Assembly (NCBI GenBank): GCA_964247055.1
Contig: OZ176054.1
Coordinates: 62,001 to 126,000 of the forward strand
Length of the DNA stretch: 64,000 bases
Source of the DNA: Paragordius varius
Taxonomy: Eukaryota > Animalia > Nematomorpha
Reading direction: 5' to 3'
A program made the position numbers and the translations under genes. The notes under the pieces are model-generated. The model had not been told where the DNA came from and made no database searches. It saw only the letters and a program-made list of their open reading frames with translations. Positions within the stretch are counted from its first letter, which is position 1. The number at the start of each line of letters is the position of its first letter. Shown here piece by piece: positions 1 through 12,600 of this stretch.

Positions 1-16
1 TTTTAAAAATAAAAAT

Positions 17-74
17 GGCTACCTAAAATCCAAATTTGATCAGGTGATGTCACCATAATCTTTTTTGGGTAGCC
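17..74. repeat. Intra-monomer 12-bp inverted repeat GGCTACCTAAAA ... TTTTGGGTAGCC (11/12), enclosing the mini-hairpin GGTG-ATGT-CACC (43-54); present in most monomers
   Basis: The reverse complement of 63-74 (TTTTGGGTAGCC) is GGCTACCCAAAA, versus GGCTACCTAAAA at 17-28. A further 7-bp inverted repeat links GGTGATG (43-49) and CATCACC (90-96). Confidence 0.9.
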
Positions 75-137
75 CTATGGTAGTTCCATCATCACCCTAA
101 ATATTTTCGAGATCGGGCTATAAATGTAAATTTTATG

Positions 138-161
138 AATTTTTTAAATATTTAAAAAATT
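138..161. repeat. Perfect 24-bp all-AT palindrome AATTTTTTAAATATTTAAAAAATT, present in most monomers
   Basis: The sequence equals its own reverse complement. It extends to 30 bp with one G/T mismatch (ATG...TAT flanks). Confidence 0.95.
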
Positions 162-3100
162 TATTTTATACGATTTTAAAAATAAAAATGGCTACCTAAA
201 ATCCAAATTTGATCAGGTGATGTGGCCATAATTTTTTTTGGGTAACCTTATGGTAGTTCCATCATAACTCCAAATATTTTTGAGATCGGATTTTAAATGT
301 AAATTTTATGAATTTTTTAAATATTTAAAAAATTTATTTTATACGATTTTAAAAATAAAAATGGCTACCTAAAATCCAAATTTGATCAGGTGATGTCACC
401 ATAATTTTTTTTGGGTAGCCCTATGGTAGTTCCATCATCACCCCAAATATTTATGAGATCGGGCTATAAATGTAATTTTTATGAATTTTTAAATATTTAA
501 AAAATTTATTTTATACGATTTTAAATATAAAAATGGCTACCTAAAATCCAAATTTGATCAGGTGATGTCACCATAATTTTTTTTGGGTAGCCCTATGGTA
601 GTTCCATCATCACCCCAAATATTTTGGAGATCGGGCTATAAATGTAAATTTTATGAATTTTTTAAATATTTAAAAAATTTATTTTATACGATTTTAAAAA
701 TAAAAATGGCTACCTAAAATCCAAATTTGATCAGGTGTCACCATAATTTTTTTTGGGTAGCCCTATGTTAGTTCCATCATCACCATAAATATTTTCGAGA
801 TCGGAGTATAAATGTAATTTTTATGAATTTTTTAAATATTTAAAAAATTTATTTTATACGATTTTAAAAATAAAAATGGCTACCTAAAATCCAAATTTGA
901 TCAGGTGCTGTCACTATAATTTTTTTATGTAGCCCTATGGTAGTTCCATCATCACCCCAAATATTTTGGGGATCGGACTATAAATGTAATTTTTATGAAT
1001 TTTTAAAATATTTAAAAAATTTATTTTATACGATTTTAAAATAAAAATGGCTACCTAAAATCCAAATTTGATCAGGTGATGTCAACATAATTTTTTTTGG
1101 GTAGCCCTATGGTAGTTCCATTATCACCCCAAATATTTTCGAGATCGGAGTATAAATGTAATTTTTATGAATTTTTTAAATATTTAAAAAATTTATTTTA
1201 TACGATTTTAAAAATAAAAATGGCTACCTAAAATCCAAATTTGATCCGGTGATGTCGCCATAATTTTTTTTGGGTAGCCCTATGGTAGTTCCATCATCAC
1301 AGCAAATATTTTCGAGATCGGAGTATAAATGTAATTTTTATGAATTTTTTAAATATTTAAAAAATTTATTTTATACGATTTTAAAAATAAAAATGGCTAC
1401 CTAAAATCCAAATTTGATCAGGTGATGTCACCATAATTCTTTTGGGTAGCCCTATGGTAGTTCCATTATCACCCCAAATATTTTCGAGATCGGAGTATAA
1501 ATGTAATTTTTATGAATTTTTTAAATATTTAAAAAATTTATTTTATACGATTTTAAAAATAAAAATGGCTACCTAAAATCCAAATTTGATCAGGTGATGT
1601 CACCATAATTTTTTTTGGGTAGCCCTATGGTAGTTCCATCATCACCCCAAATATTTTGGAGATCGGGCTATAAATGTAAATTTTATGAATTTTTTAAATA
1701 TTTAAAAAATTTATTTTATACGATTTTAAAAATAAAAATAACTACCTAAAATCCAAATTTGATCAGGTGATGTGGCCATAATTTTTTTGGGTAACCTTAT
1801 GGTAGTTCCATCATAACCCCAAATATTTTTGAGATCGGACTTTAAATGTAAATTTTATGAATTTTTTAAATATTTAAAAAATTTATTTTATACGATTTTA
1901 AATATAAAAATGGCTACCTAAAATCCAAATTTGATCAGGTGATGTCGCCATAATTTTTTTTGGGTAGCCCTATGGTAGTTCCATCATCACCCCAAATATT
2001 ATGGAGATCGGGCTATAAATGTAAATTTTATGAATTTTTTAAATATTTAAAAAATTTATTTTATACGATTTTAAAAATTAAATTGGCTACCTAAAATCCA
2101 AATTTGATCAGGTGATGTCGCCATAATTTTTTTGGGTAGCCCTATGGTAGTTCCATCATCACCCCAAATATTTTGGAGATCGGGCTATAAATGTAAATTT
2201 TATGAATTTTTTAAATATTTAAAAAATTTATTTTATACAATTTTAAAAATAAAAATGGCTACCTAAAATCCAAATTTGATCAGGTGATGTCACCATAATT
2301 TTTTTTGGATAGCCCTATGGTAGTTCCATCATAACCCCAAATATTTTTGAGATCGGACTTTAAATGTAAATTTTATGAATTTTTAAAATATTTAAAAAAT
2401 TTATTTTATACGATTTTAAAAATAAAAATGGCTACCTAAAATCCAAATTTGATCAGGTGATGTCACCATAATTTTTTTTGGGTAGCCCTATGGTAGTTCC
2501 ATCATCACCCCAAATATTTTGGAGATCGGGCTATAAATGTAAATTTTATGAATTTTTTAAATATTTAAAAAATTTATTTTATACGATTTTAAAAATAAAA
2601 ATGGCTACCTAAAATCCAAATTTGATCAGGTGTCACCATAATTTTTTTTGGGTAGCCCTATGTTAGTTCCATCATCACCCCAAATATTTTGGAGATCGGG
2701 CTATAAATGTAATTTTTATGAATTTTTTAAATATTTAAAAAATTTATTTTATACGATTTTAAAAATAAAAATGGCTACCTAAAATCCAAATTTGATCAGG
2801 TGATGTCGCCATAATTTTTTTTGGGTAGCCCTATGGTAGTTCCATCATCACCCCAAATATTTTGGAGATCGGGCTATAAATGTAAATTTTATGAATTTTT
2901 TAAATATTAAAAAATTTATTTTATACGATTTTAAAAATAAAAATGGCTACCTAAAATCCAAATTTGATCAGGTGATGTCACCATAATTTTTTTTGGGTAG
3001 CCCTATGGTAGTTCCATCATCACGCCAAATATTTAGAGATCGGGCTATAAATGTAAATTTTATGAATTTTTTAAATATTTAAAAAATTTATTTTATACGA

Positions 3101-5008
3101 TTTTAAAAATAAAAATGGCTACCTAAAATCCAAATTTGATCCGGTGATGTCGCCATAATTTTTTTTGGGTAGCCCTATGGTAGTTCCATCATCACCCCAA
3201 ATATTTTCGAGATCGGGCTAATGTAAATTTTATGAATTTTTTAAATATTTAAAAAATTTATTTTATACGATTTTAAAAATAAAAATGGCTACCTAAAATC
3301 CAAATTTGATCAGGTGATGTGGCCATAATTTTTTTTGGGTAACCTTATGGTAGTTCCATCATAACTCCAAATATTTTTGAGATCGGACTTTAAATGTAAA
3401 TTTTATGAATTTTTTAAATATTTAAAAAATTTATTTTATACGATTTTAAAAACAAAAATGGCTACCTAATATCCAAATTTGATCAGGTGATGTCACCATA
3501 ATTTTTTTGGGTAGCCCTATGGTAGTTCCATCATCACCCCAAATATTTTGGGGATCGGACTATAAATGTAATTTTTATGAATTTTTTAAATATTTAAAAA
3601 ATTTATTTTATACGATTTTAAAAATAAAAATGGCTACCTAAAATCCAAATTTGATCAGGTGATGTCACCATAATTTTTTTTGGGTAGCCCTATGGTAGTT
3701 CCATCATCACCCCAAATATTTATGAGATCGGGCTATAAATGTAATTTTTATGAATTTTTTAAATATTTAAAAAATTTATTTTATACGATTTTAAATATAA
3801 AAATGGCTACCTAAAATCCAAATTTGATCAGGTGATGTCACCATAATTTTTTTTGGGTAGCCCTATGGTAGTTCCATCATCACCCCAAATATTTTGGAGA
3901 TCGGGCTATAAATGTAAATTTTATGAATTTTTTAAATATTTAAAAAATTTATTTTATACGATTTTAAAAATAAAAATGGCTACCTAAAATCCAAATTTGA
4001 TCAGATGTCACCATAATTTTTTTTGGGTAGCCCTATGTTAGTTCCATCATCACCATAAATATTTTCGAGATCGGAGTATAAATGTAATTTTTATGAATTT
4101 TTTAAATATTTAAAAAATTTATTTTATACGATTTTAAAAATAAAAATGGCTACCTAAAATCCAAATTTGATCAGGTGATGTCACTATAATTTTTTTATGT
4201 AGCCCTATGGTAGTTCCATCATCACCCCAAATATTTTGGGGATCGGACTATAAATGTAATTTTTATGAATTTTTTAAATATTTAAAAAATTTATTTTATA
4301 CGATTTTAAAATAAAAATGGCTACCTAAAATCCAAATTTGATCAGGTGATGTCAACATAATTTTTTTTGGGTAGCCCTATGGTAGTTCCATTATCACCCC
4401 AAATATTTTCGAGATCGGAGTATAAATGTAATTTTTATGAATTTTTTAAATATTTAAAAAATTTATTTTATACGATTTTAAAAATAAAAATGGCTACCTA
4501 AAATCCAAATTTGATCCGGTGATTTCGCCATAATTTTTTTTTGGGTAGCCCTATGGTAGTTCCATCATCACCCCAAATATTTTCGAGATCGGAGTATAAA
4601 TGTAATTTTTATGAATTTTTTAAATATTTAAAAAATTTATTTTATACGATTTTAAAAATAAAAATGGCTACCTAAAATCCAAATTTGATCAGGTGATGTC
4701 ACCATAATTCTTTTGGGTAGCCCTATGGTAGTTCCATCATCACCCCAAATATTTTCGAGATCGGAGTATAAATGTAATTTTTATGAATTTTTTAAATATT
4801 TAAAAAATTTATTTTATACGATTTTAAAAATAAAAATGGCTACCTAAAATCCAAATTTGATCAGGTGATGTCACCATAATTTTTTTTGGGTAGCCCTATG
4901 GTAGTTCCATCATCACCCCAAATATTTTGGAGATCGGGCTATAAATGTAAATTTTATGAATTTTTTAAATATTTAAAAAATTTATTTTATACGATTTTAA
5001 AAATAAAA

Positions 5009-8000
5009 ATGGCTACCTAAAATCCAAATTTGATCAGGTGATGTCGCCATAATTTTTTTGGGTAGCCCTATGGTAGTTCCATTATCACCCCAAATATTTT
5101 CGAGATCGGAGTATAAATGTAATTTTTATGAATTTTTTAAATATTTATAAAATTTATTTTATGCGATTTTAAAAATAAAAATGGCTACCTAAAATCCAAA
5201 TTTGATCAGGTGATGTCGCCATAATTTTTTTTGGGTAGCCCTATGGTAGTTCCATCATCACCCCAAATATTTTCGAGATCGGAGTATAAATGTAATTTTT
5301 ATGAATTTTTTAAATATTTAAAAAATTTATTTTATACGATTTTAAAAATAAAAATGGCTACCTAAAATCCAAATTTGATCAGGTGATGTCACCATAATTC
5401 TTTTGGGTAGCCCTATGGTAGTTCCATCATCACCCCATATATTTTCGAGATCGGAGTATAAATGTAATTTTTATGAATTTTTTAAATATTTAAAAAATTT
5501 ATTTTATACGATTTTAAAAATAAAAATGGCTACCTAAAATCCAAATTTGATCAGGTGATGTCACTATAATTTTTTTGGGTAGCCCTATGGTAGTTCCATC
5601 ATCACCCCAAATATTTTGGGGATCGGACTATAAATGTAATTTTTATGAATTTTTTAAATATTTAAAAAATTTATTTTATACGATTTAAAAAATAAAAATG
5701 GCTACCTAAAATCCAAATTTGATCAGGTGATGTCGCCATAATTTTTTTTGGGTAGCCCTATGGTAGTTCCATCATAACCCCAAATATTTTTGAGATCGGA
5801 CTTTAAATGTAAATTTTATGAATTTTTAAAATATTTAAAAAATTTATTTTATACGATTTTAAAAATAAAAATGGCTACCTAAAATCCAAATTTGATCAGG
5901 TGATGTCACCATAATTCTTTTGGGTAGCCCTATGGTAGTTCCATCATCACCCCAAATATTTTCGAGATCGGAGTATAAATGTAATTTTTATGAATTTTTT
6001 AAATATATAAAAAATTTATTTTATACGATTTTAAAAATAAAAATGGCTACCTAAAATCCAAATTTGATCAGGTGTCACCATAATTTTTTTTGGGTAGCCC
6101 TATGTTAGTTCCATCATCACACCAAATATTTTCGAGATCGGAGTAAAATGTAATTTTTATGAATTTTTTAAATATTTAATAAATTTATTTTATACGATTT
6201 TAAAAATAAAAATGGCTACCTAAAATCCAAATTTGATCAGGTGATGTCACTATAATTTTTTTGGGTAGCCCTATGGTAGTTCCATCATCACCCCAAATAT
6301 TTTGGGGATCGGACTATAAATGTAATTTTTATGAATTTTTTAAATATTTAAAAAATTTATTTTATACGATTTTAAAAATAAAAATGGCTACCTAAAATCC
6401 AAATTTGATCAGGTGATGTCACCATAATTTTTGTTGGGTAGCCCTATGGTAGTTCCATTATCACCCCAAATATTTTCGAGATCGGAGTATAAATGTAATT
6501 TTTATGAATTTTTTAAATATTTAAAAAATTTATTTTATGCGATTTTAAAAATAAAAATGGCTACCTAAAATCCAAATTTGATCAGGTGATGTCGCCATAA
6601 TTTTTTTTGGGTAGCCCTATGGTAGTTCCATCATCACCCCAAATATTTTCGAGATCGGAGTATAAATGTAATTTTTATGAATTTTTTAAATATTTAAAAA
6701 ATTTATTTTATACGATTTTAAAAATAAAAATGGCTACCTAAAATCCAAATTTGATCAGGTGATGTCACTATAATTTTTTTGGGTAGCCCTATGGTAGTTC
6801 CATCATCACCCCAAATATTTTCGAGATCGGAGTATAAATGTAATTTTTATGAATTTTTTAAATATTTAAAAAATTTATTTTATACGATTTTAAAAATAAA
6901 AATGGCTACCTAAAATCCAAATTTGATCAGGTGATGTCACCATAATTCTTTTGGGTAGCCCTATGGTAGTTCCATCATCACCCCAAATATTTTCGAGATC
7001 GGAGTATAAATGTAATTTTTATGAATTTTTTAAATATTTAAAAAATTTATTTTATACGATTTTAAAAATAAAAATGGCTACCTAAAATCCAAATTTGATC
7101 AGGTGATGTCACTATAATTTTTTTGGCTAGCCCTATGGTAGTTCCATCATCACCCCAAATATTTTGGGGATCGGACTATAAATGTAATTTTTATGAATTT
7201 TTTAAATATTTAAAAAATTTATTTTATACGATTTAAAAAATAAAAATGGCTACCTAAAATCCAAATTTGATCAGGTGATGTCGCCATAATTTTTTTTGGG
7301 TAGCCCTATGGTAGTTCCATCATAACCCCAAATATTTTTGAGATCGGACTTTAAATGTAAATTTTATGAATTTTTAAAATATTTAAAAAATTTATTTTAT
7401 ACGATTTTAAAAATAAAAATGGCTACCTAAAATCCAAATTTGATCAGGTGATGTCGCCATAATTTTTTTTGGGTAGCCCTATGGTAGTTCCATCATCACC
7501 CCAAATATTTTCGAGATCGGAGTATAAATGTAATTTTTATGAATTTTTTAAATATTTAAAAAATTTATTTTATACGATTTTAAAAATAAAAATGGCTACC
7601 TAAAATCCAAATTTGATCAGGTGATGTCACCATAATTCTTTTGGGTAGCCCTATGGTAGTTCCATCATCACCCCAAATATTTTGGGGATCGGACTATAAA
7701 TGTAATTTTTATGAATTTTTTAAATATTTAAAAAATTTATTTTATACGATTTTAAAAATAAAAATGGCTACCTAAAATCCAAATTTGATCAGGTGATGTC
7801 ACCATAATTCTTTTGGGTAGCCCTATGGTAGTTCCATCATAACTTCAAATATTTTTGAGATCGGACTTTAAATGTAAATTTTATGAATTTTTTAAATATT
7901 TAAAAAATTTATTTTATACGATTTTGAATATAAAAATGGCTACCTAAAATCCAAATTTGATCAGGTGATGTCACCATAATTTTTTTTGGGTAGCCCTATG

Positions 8001-9662
8001 GTAGTTCCATCATCACCCCAAATATTTTGGAGATCGGGCTATAAATGTAAATTTTATGAATTTTTTAAATATTTAAAAAATTTATTTTATACGATTTTAA
8101 AAATAAAAATGGCTACCTAAAATCCAAATTTGATCAGGTGATGTCACCATAATTTTTTTTGGGTAGCCCTATGGTAGTTCCATCATCACCCCAAATATTT
8201 TGGAGATCGGGCTATAAATGTAAATTTTATGAATTTTTTAAATATTTAAAAAATTTATTTTATACGATTTTAAAAATAAAAATGGCTACCTAAAATCCAA
8301 ATTTGATCAGGTGATGTCACCATAATTTTTTTTGGGTAGCCCTATGGTAGTTCCATCATCACCCCAAATATTTTGGAGATCGGGCTATAAATGTAAATTT
8401 TATGAATTTTTTAAATATTTAAAAAATTTATTTTATACGATTTTAAAAATAAAAATGGCTACCTAAAATCCAAATTTGATCAGGTGATGTCACCATAATT
8501 TTTTTTGGGTAGCCCTATGGTAGTTCCATCATCACCCCAAATATTTTGGAGATCGGGCTATAAATGTAAATTTTATGAATTTTTTAAATATTTAAAAAAT
8601 TTATTTTATACGATTTTAAAAATAAAAATGGCTACCTAAAATCCAAATTTGATCAGGTGATGTCACCATAATTTTTTTTGGGTAGCCCTATGGTAGTTCC
8701 ATCATCACCCCAAATATTTTGGAGATCGGGCTATAAATGTAAATTTTATGAATTTTTTAAATATTTAAAAAATTTATTTTATACGATTTTAAAAATAAAA
8801 ATGGCTACCTAAAATCCAAATTTGATCAGGTGATGTCACCATAATTTTTTTTGGGTAGCCCTATGGTAGTTCCATCATCACCCCAAATATTTTGGAGATC
8901 GGGCTATAAATGTAAATTTTATGAATTTTTTAAATATTTAAAAAATTTATTTTATACGATTTTAAAAATAAAAATGGCTACCTAAAATCCAAATTTGATC
9001 AGGTGATGTCACCATAATTCTTTTGGGTAGCCCTATGGTAGTTCCATCATCACCCCAAATATTTTCGAGATCGGAGTATAAATGTAATTTTTATGAATTT
9101 TTTAAATATTTAAAAAATTTATTTTATACGATTTTAAAAATAAAAATGGCTACCTAAAATCCAAATTTGATCAGGTGATGTCACTATAATTTTTTTGGGT
9201 AGCCCTATGGTAGTTCCATCATCACCCCAAATACTTTGGGGATCGGACTATAAATGTAATTTTTATGAATTTTTTAAATATTTAAAAAATTTATTTTATA
9301 CGATTTTAAAAATAAAAATGGCTACCTAAAATCCAAATTTGATCAGGTGATGTCGCCATAATTTTTTTTGGGTAGCCCTATGGTAGTTCTATCATCACCC
9401 CAAATATTTTCGAGATCGGAGTATAAATGTAATTTTTATGAATTTTTTAAATATTTAAAAAATTTATTTTATACGATTTTAAAAATAAAAATGGCTACCT
9501 AAAATCCAAATTTGATCAGGTGATGTCACTATAATTTTTTTGGGTAGCCCTATGATAGTTCCATCATCACCCCAAATATTTTGGGGATCGGACTATAAAT
9601 GTAATTTTTATGAATTTTTTAAATATTTAAAAAATTTATTTTATACGATTTTAAAAATAAAA
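5009..9662 (+). repeat. Block homologous to 42268-45716, interrupted by ~7 extra monomers
   Basis: Shared rare variants in the same order: CACCCCATAT, TTGTTGGG, GGCTAGCC, ATACTTT, TTCTATC, CTATGATAG. Offset is 37264 before the extra monomers and 36054 after them. Confidence 0.85.
7936..8973 (+). repeat. Six consecutive apparently identical 173-bp monomers
   Basis: Anchors at 7936, 8109, 8282, 8455, 8628 and 8801 share the same CACC/T8/TTTTGGAG/GGGCTA/GTAAATTTT state. No difference was seen by eye. Confidence 0.85.
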
Positions 9663-12600
9663 ATGGCTACCTAAAATCCAAATTTGATCAGGTGATGTCA
9701 CCATAATTTTTTTTGGGTAGCCCTATGGTAGTTCCATCATCACCCCAAATATTTTGGAGATCGGTTTATAAATGTAAATATTATGAATTTTTTAAATATT
9801 TAAAAAATTTATTTTATACGATTTTAAATATAAAAATGGCTACCTAAAATCCAAATTTGATCAGGTGATGTCGCTATAATTTTTTTTGCGTAGCCCTATG
9901 GTAGTTCCATCATCACCCCAAATATTTTGGAGATCGGGCTATAAATGTAAATTTTATGAATTTTTTAAATATTTAAAAAATTTATTTTATACGATTTTAA
10001 AAATAAAAATGGCTACCTAAAATCCAAATTTGATCAGGTGATGTCACCATAATTCTTTTGGGTAGCCCTATGGTAGTTCCATCATCACCCCAAATATTTT
10101 GGAGATCGGGCTATAAATGTAATTTTTATGAATTTTTTAAATATTTAAAAAATTTATTTTATACGATTTTAAAAATAAAAATGGCTACCTAAAATCCAAA
10201 TTTGATCAGGTGATGTCGCCATAATTTTTTTGGGTAGCCCTATGGTAGTTCCATCATCACCCCAAATATTTTGGAGATCGGGCTATAAATGTAAATTTTA
10301 TGAATTTTTTAAATATTTAAAAAATTTATTTTATACGATTTTGAATATAAAAATGGCTACCTAAAATCCAAATTTGATCAGGTGATGTCACCATAATTTT
10401 TTTTGGGTAGCCCTATGGTAGTTCCATCATCACCCCAAATATTTTGGAGATCGGGCTATAAATGTAAATTTTATGAATTTTTTAAATATTTAAAAAATTT
10501 ATTTTATACGATTTTAAAAATAAAAATGGCTACCTAAAATCCAAATTTGATCAGGTGATGTCACCATAATTGGGTAGCCCTATGGTAGTTCCATCATCAC
10601 CCCAAATATTTTGGAGATCGGGCTATAAATGTAAATTTTATGAATTTTTTAAATATTTAAAAAATTTATTTTATACGATTTTAAAAATAAAAATGGCTAC
10701 CTAAAATCCAAATTTGATCAGGTGATGTCACCATAATTTTTTTTGGGTAGCCCTATGGTAGTTCCATCATCACCCCAAATATTTTGGAGATCGGGCTATA
10801 AATGTAAATTTTATGAATTTTTTAAATATTTAAAAAATTTATTTTATACGATTTTAAAAATAAAAATGGCTACCTAAAATCCAAATTTGATCAGGTGATG
10901 TCACCATAATTTTTTTTGGGTAGCCCTATGGTAGTTCCATCATCACCCCAAATATTTTGGAGATCGGGCTATAAATGTAAGTTTTATGAATTTTTTAAAT
11001 ATTTAAAAAATTTATTTTATACGATTTTAAAAATAAAAATGGCTACCTAAAATCCAAATTTGATCAGGTGATGTCGCCATAATTTTTTTTGGGTAGCCCT
11101 ATGGTAGTTCCATCATCACCCCAAATATTTTGGAGATCGGGCTATAAATGTAAATTTTATGAATTTTTTAAATATTTAAAAAATTTATTTGATACGATTT
11201 TAAAAATAAAAATGGCTACCTAAAATCCAAATTTGATCAGGTGATGTCACCATAATTTTTTTTGGGTAGCCCTATGGTAGTTCCATCATAACCCCAAAAA
11301 TTTTTGAGATCGGACTTTAAATGTAAATTTTATGAATTTTTAAAATATTTAAAAAATTTATTTTATACGATTTTAAAAATAAAAATGGCTACCTAAAATC
11401 CAAATTTGATCAGGTGATGTCACCATAATTTTTTTTGGGTAGCCCTATGGTAGTTCCATCATCACCCCAAATATTTTGGAGATCGGGCTATAAATGTAAA
11501 TTTTATGAATTTTTTAAATATTTAAAAAATTTATTTTATACGATATTAAAAATAAAAATGGCTACCTAAAATCCAAATTTGATCAGGTGATGTCGCCATA
11601 ATTTTTTTTGGGTAACCTTATGGTAGTTCCATCATAACCCCAAATATTTTTGAGATCGGACTTTAAATGTAAATTTTATGAATTTTTAAAATATTTAAAA
11701 AATTTATTTTATACGATTTTAAAAATAAAAATGGCTACCTAAAATCCAAATTTGATCAGGTGATGTCACCATAATTTTTTTTGGGTAGCCCTATGGTAGT
11801 TCCATCATCACCCCAAATATTTTGGAGATCGGGCTATAAATGTAAATTTTATGAATTTTTTAAATATTTAAAAAATTTATTTTATACGATTTTAAAAATA
11901 AAAATGGCTACCTAAAATCCAAATTTGATCAGGTGATGTCGCCATAATTTTTTTTGGGTAGCCCTATGGTAGTTCCATCATCACCCCAAATATTTTGGAG
12001 ATCGGGCTATAAATGTAAATTTTATGAATTTTTTAAATATTTAAAAAATTTACTTTATACGATTTTAAAAATAAAAATGGCTACCTAAAATCCAAATTTG
12101 ATCAGGTGATGTCACCATAATTTTTTTTGGGTAGCCCTATGGTAGTTCCATCATAACCCCAAATATTTTTGAGATCGGACTTTAAATGTAAATTTTATGA
12201 ATTTTTAAAATATTTAAAAAATTTATTTTATACGATTTTAAAAATAAAAATGGCTACCTAAAATCCAAATTTGATCAGGTGATGTCACCATAATTTTTTT
12301 TGGGTAGCCCTATGGTAGTTCCATCATCACCCCAAATATTTTGGAGATCGGGATATAAATGTAAATTTTATGAATTTTTAAATATTTAAAAAATTTATTT
12401 TATACGATTTTAAAAATAAAAATGGCTACCTAAAATCCAAATTTGATCAGGTGATGTCACCATAATTTTTTTTGGGTAGCCCTATGGTAGTTCCATCATC
12501 ACCCCAAATATTTTTGTGATCGGACTTTAAATGTAAATTTTATGAATTTTTTAAATATTTAAAAAATTTATTTTATACGATTTTAAAAATAAAAATGGCT

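Larger units (their letters stand above)
15..187 (+). repeat. Representative monomer (173 bp): GC-moderate 5' half, very AT-rich 3' half
   Basis: Distance between successive ATGGCTACC anchors (15 to 188). About 42 G+C in the first 104 bp of the consensus and 4 G+C in the last 69 bp. Confidence 0.97.
15..5008 (+). repeat. 29-monomer block, copy 1 (duplicated at 15531-20523)
   Basis: Same ordered rare variants in both copies: ATAATCTTTTTT/CACCCTA, GTGGCC+CGGATTTTA, ATAACTACC, ATTATGGAG, GGATAGCC, CACGCC/ATTTAGAG, GGGCTAATG, TAATATCC, GATCAGATG. Confidence 0.9.

Noticed and set aside
15-26. ATG GCT ACC TAA micro-ORF in good Kozak context, with TATAAA 69 bp and AATAAA a few bases upstream in each monomer
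   Set aside because: A three-codon ORF and TATA/poly(A)-like hexamers are expected by chance in 73-94% AT sequence. There is no independent evidence of transcription or translation.
43-54. Common variants CGCC and CACT keep the mini-hairpin through G-U wobble pairs, hinting at a selected RNA structure
   Set aside because: Transitions give wobble pairs on one strand by chance. Other variants (CAAC, GTGGCC, deletions) and most changes in the 12-bp inverted repeat break pairing, and I saw no compensatory pairs.
17-74. MITE defined by the 12-bp inverted repeat
   Set aside because: It spans only 58 bp, has no target-site duplication, and is an integral part of every monomer rather than an insertion.
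106-117. CENP-B-box-like TTCG-AGAT-CGGG
   Set aside because: The canonical box needs TTCG-NNNNANN-CGGG (7-nt spacer) and this has 4 nt. The two halves also co-occur in only a few monomers.
15-187. Identification as primate alpha satellite, Arabidopsis CEN178 or Drosophila 1.688 satellite
   Set aside because: Only the length is similar (and only for the first two). I recognise no sequence similarity, and the family cannot be named without a database search.
4521-4545. T7/T8/T9 and other homopolymer length variants used as lineage markers
   Set aside because: These are prone to slippage and sequencing error, so I used them only as support alongside substitutions.
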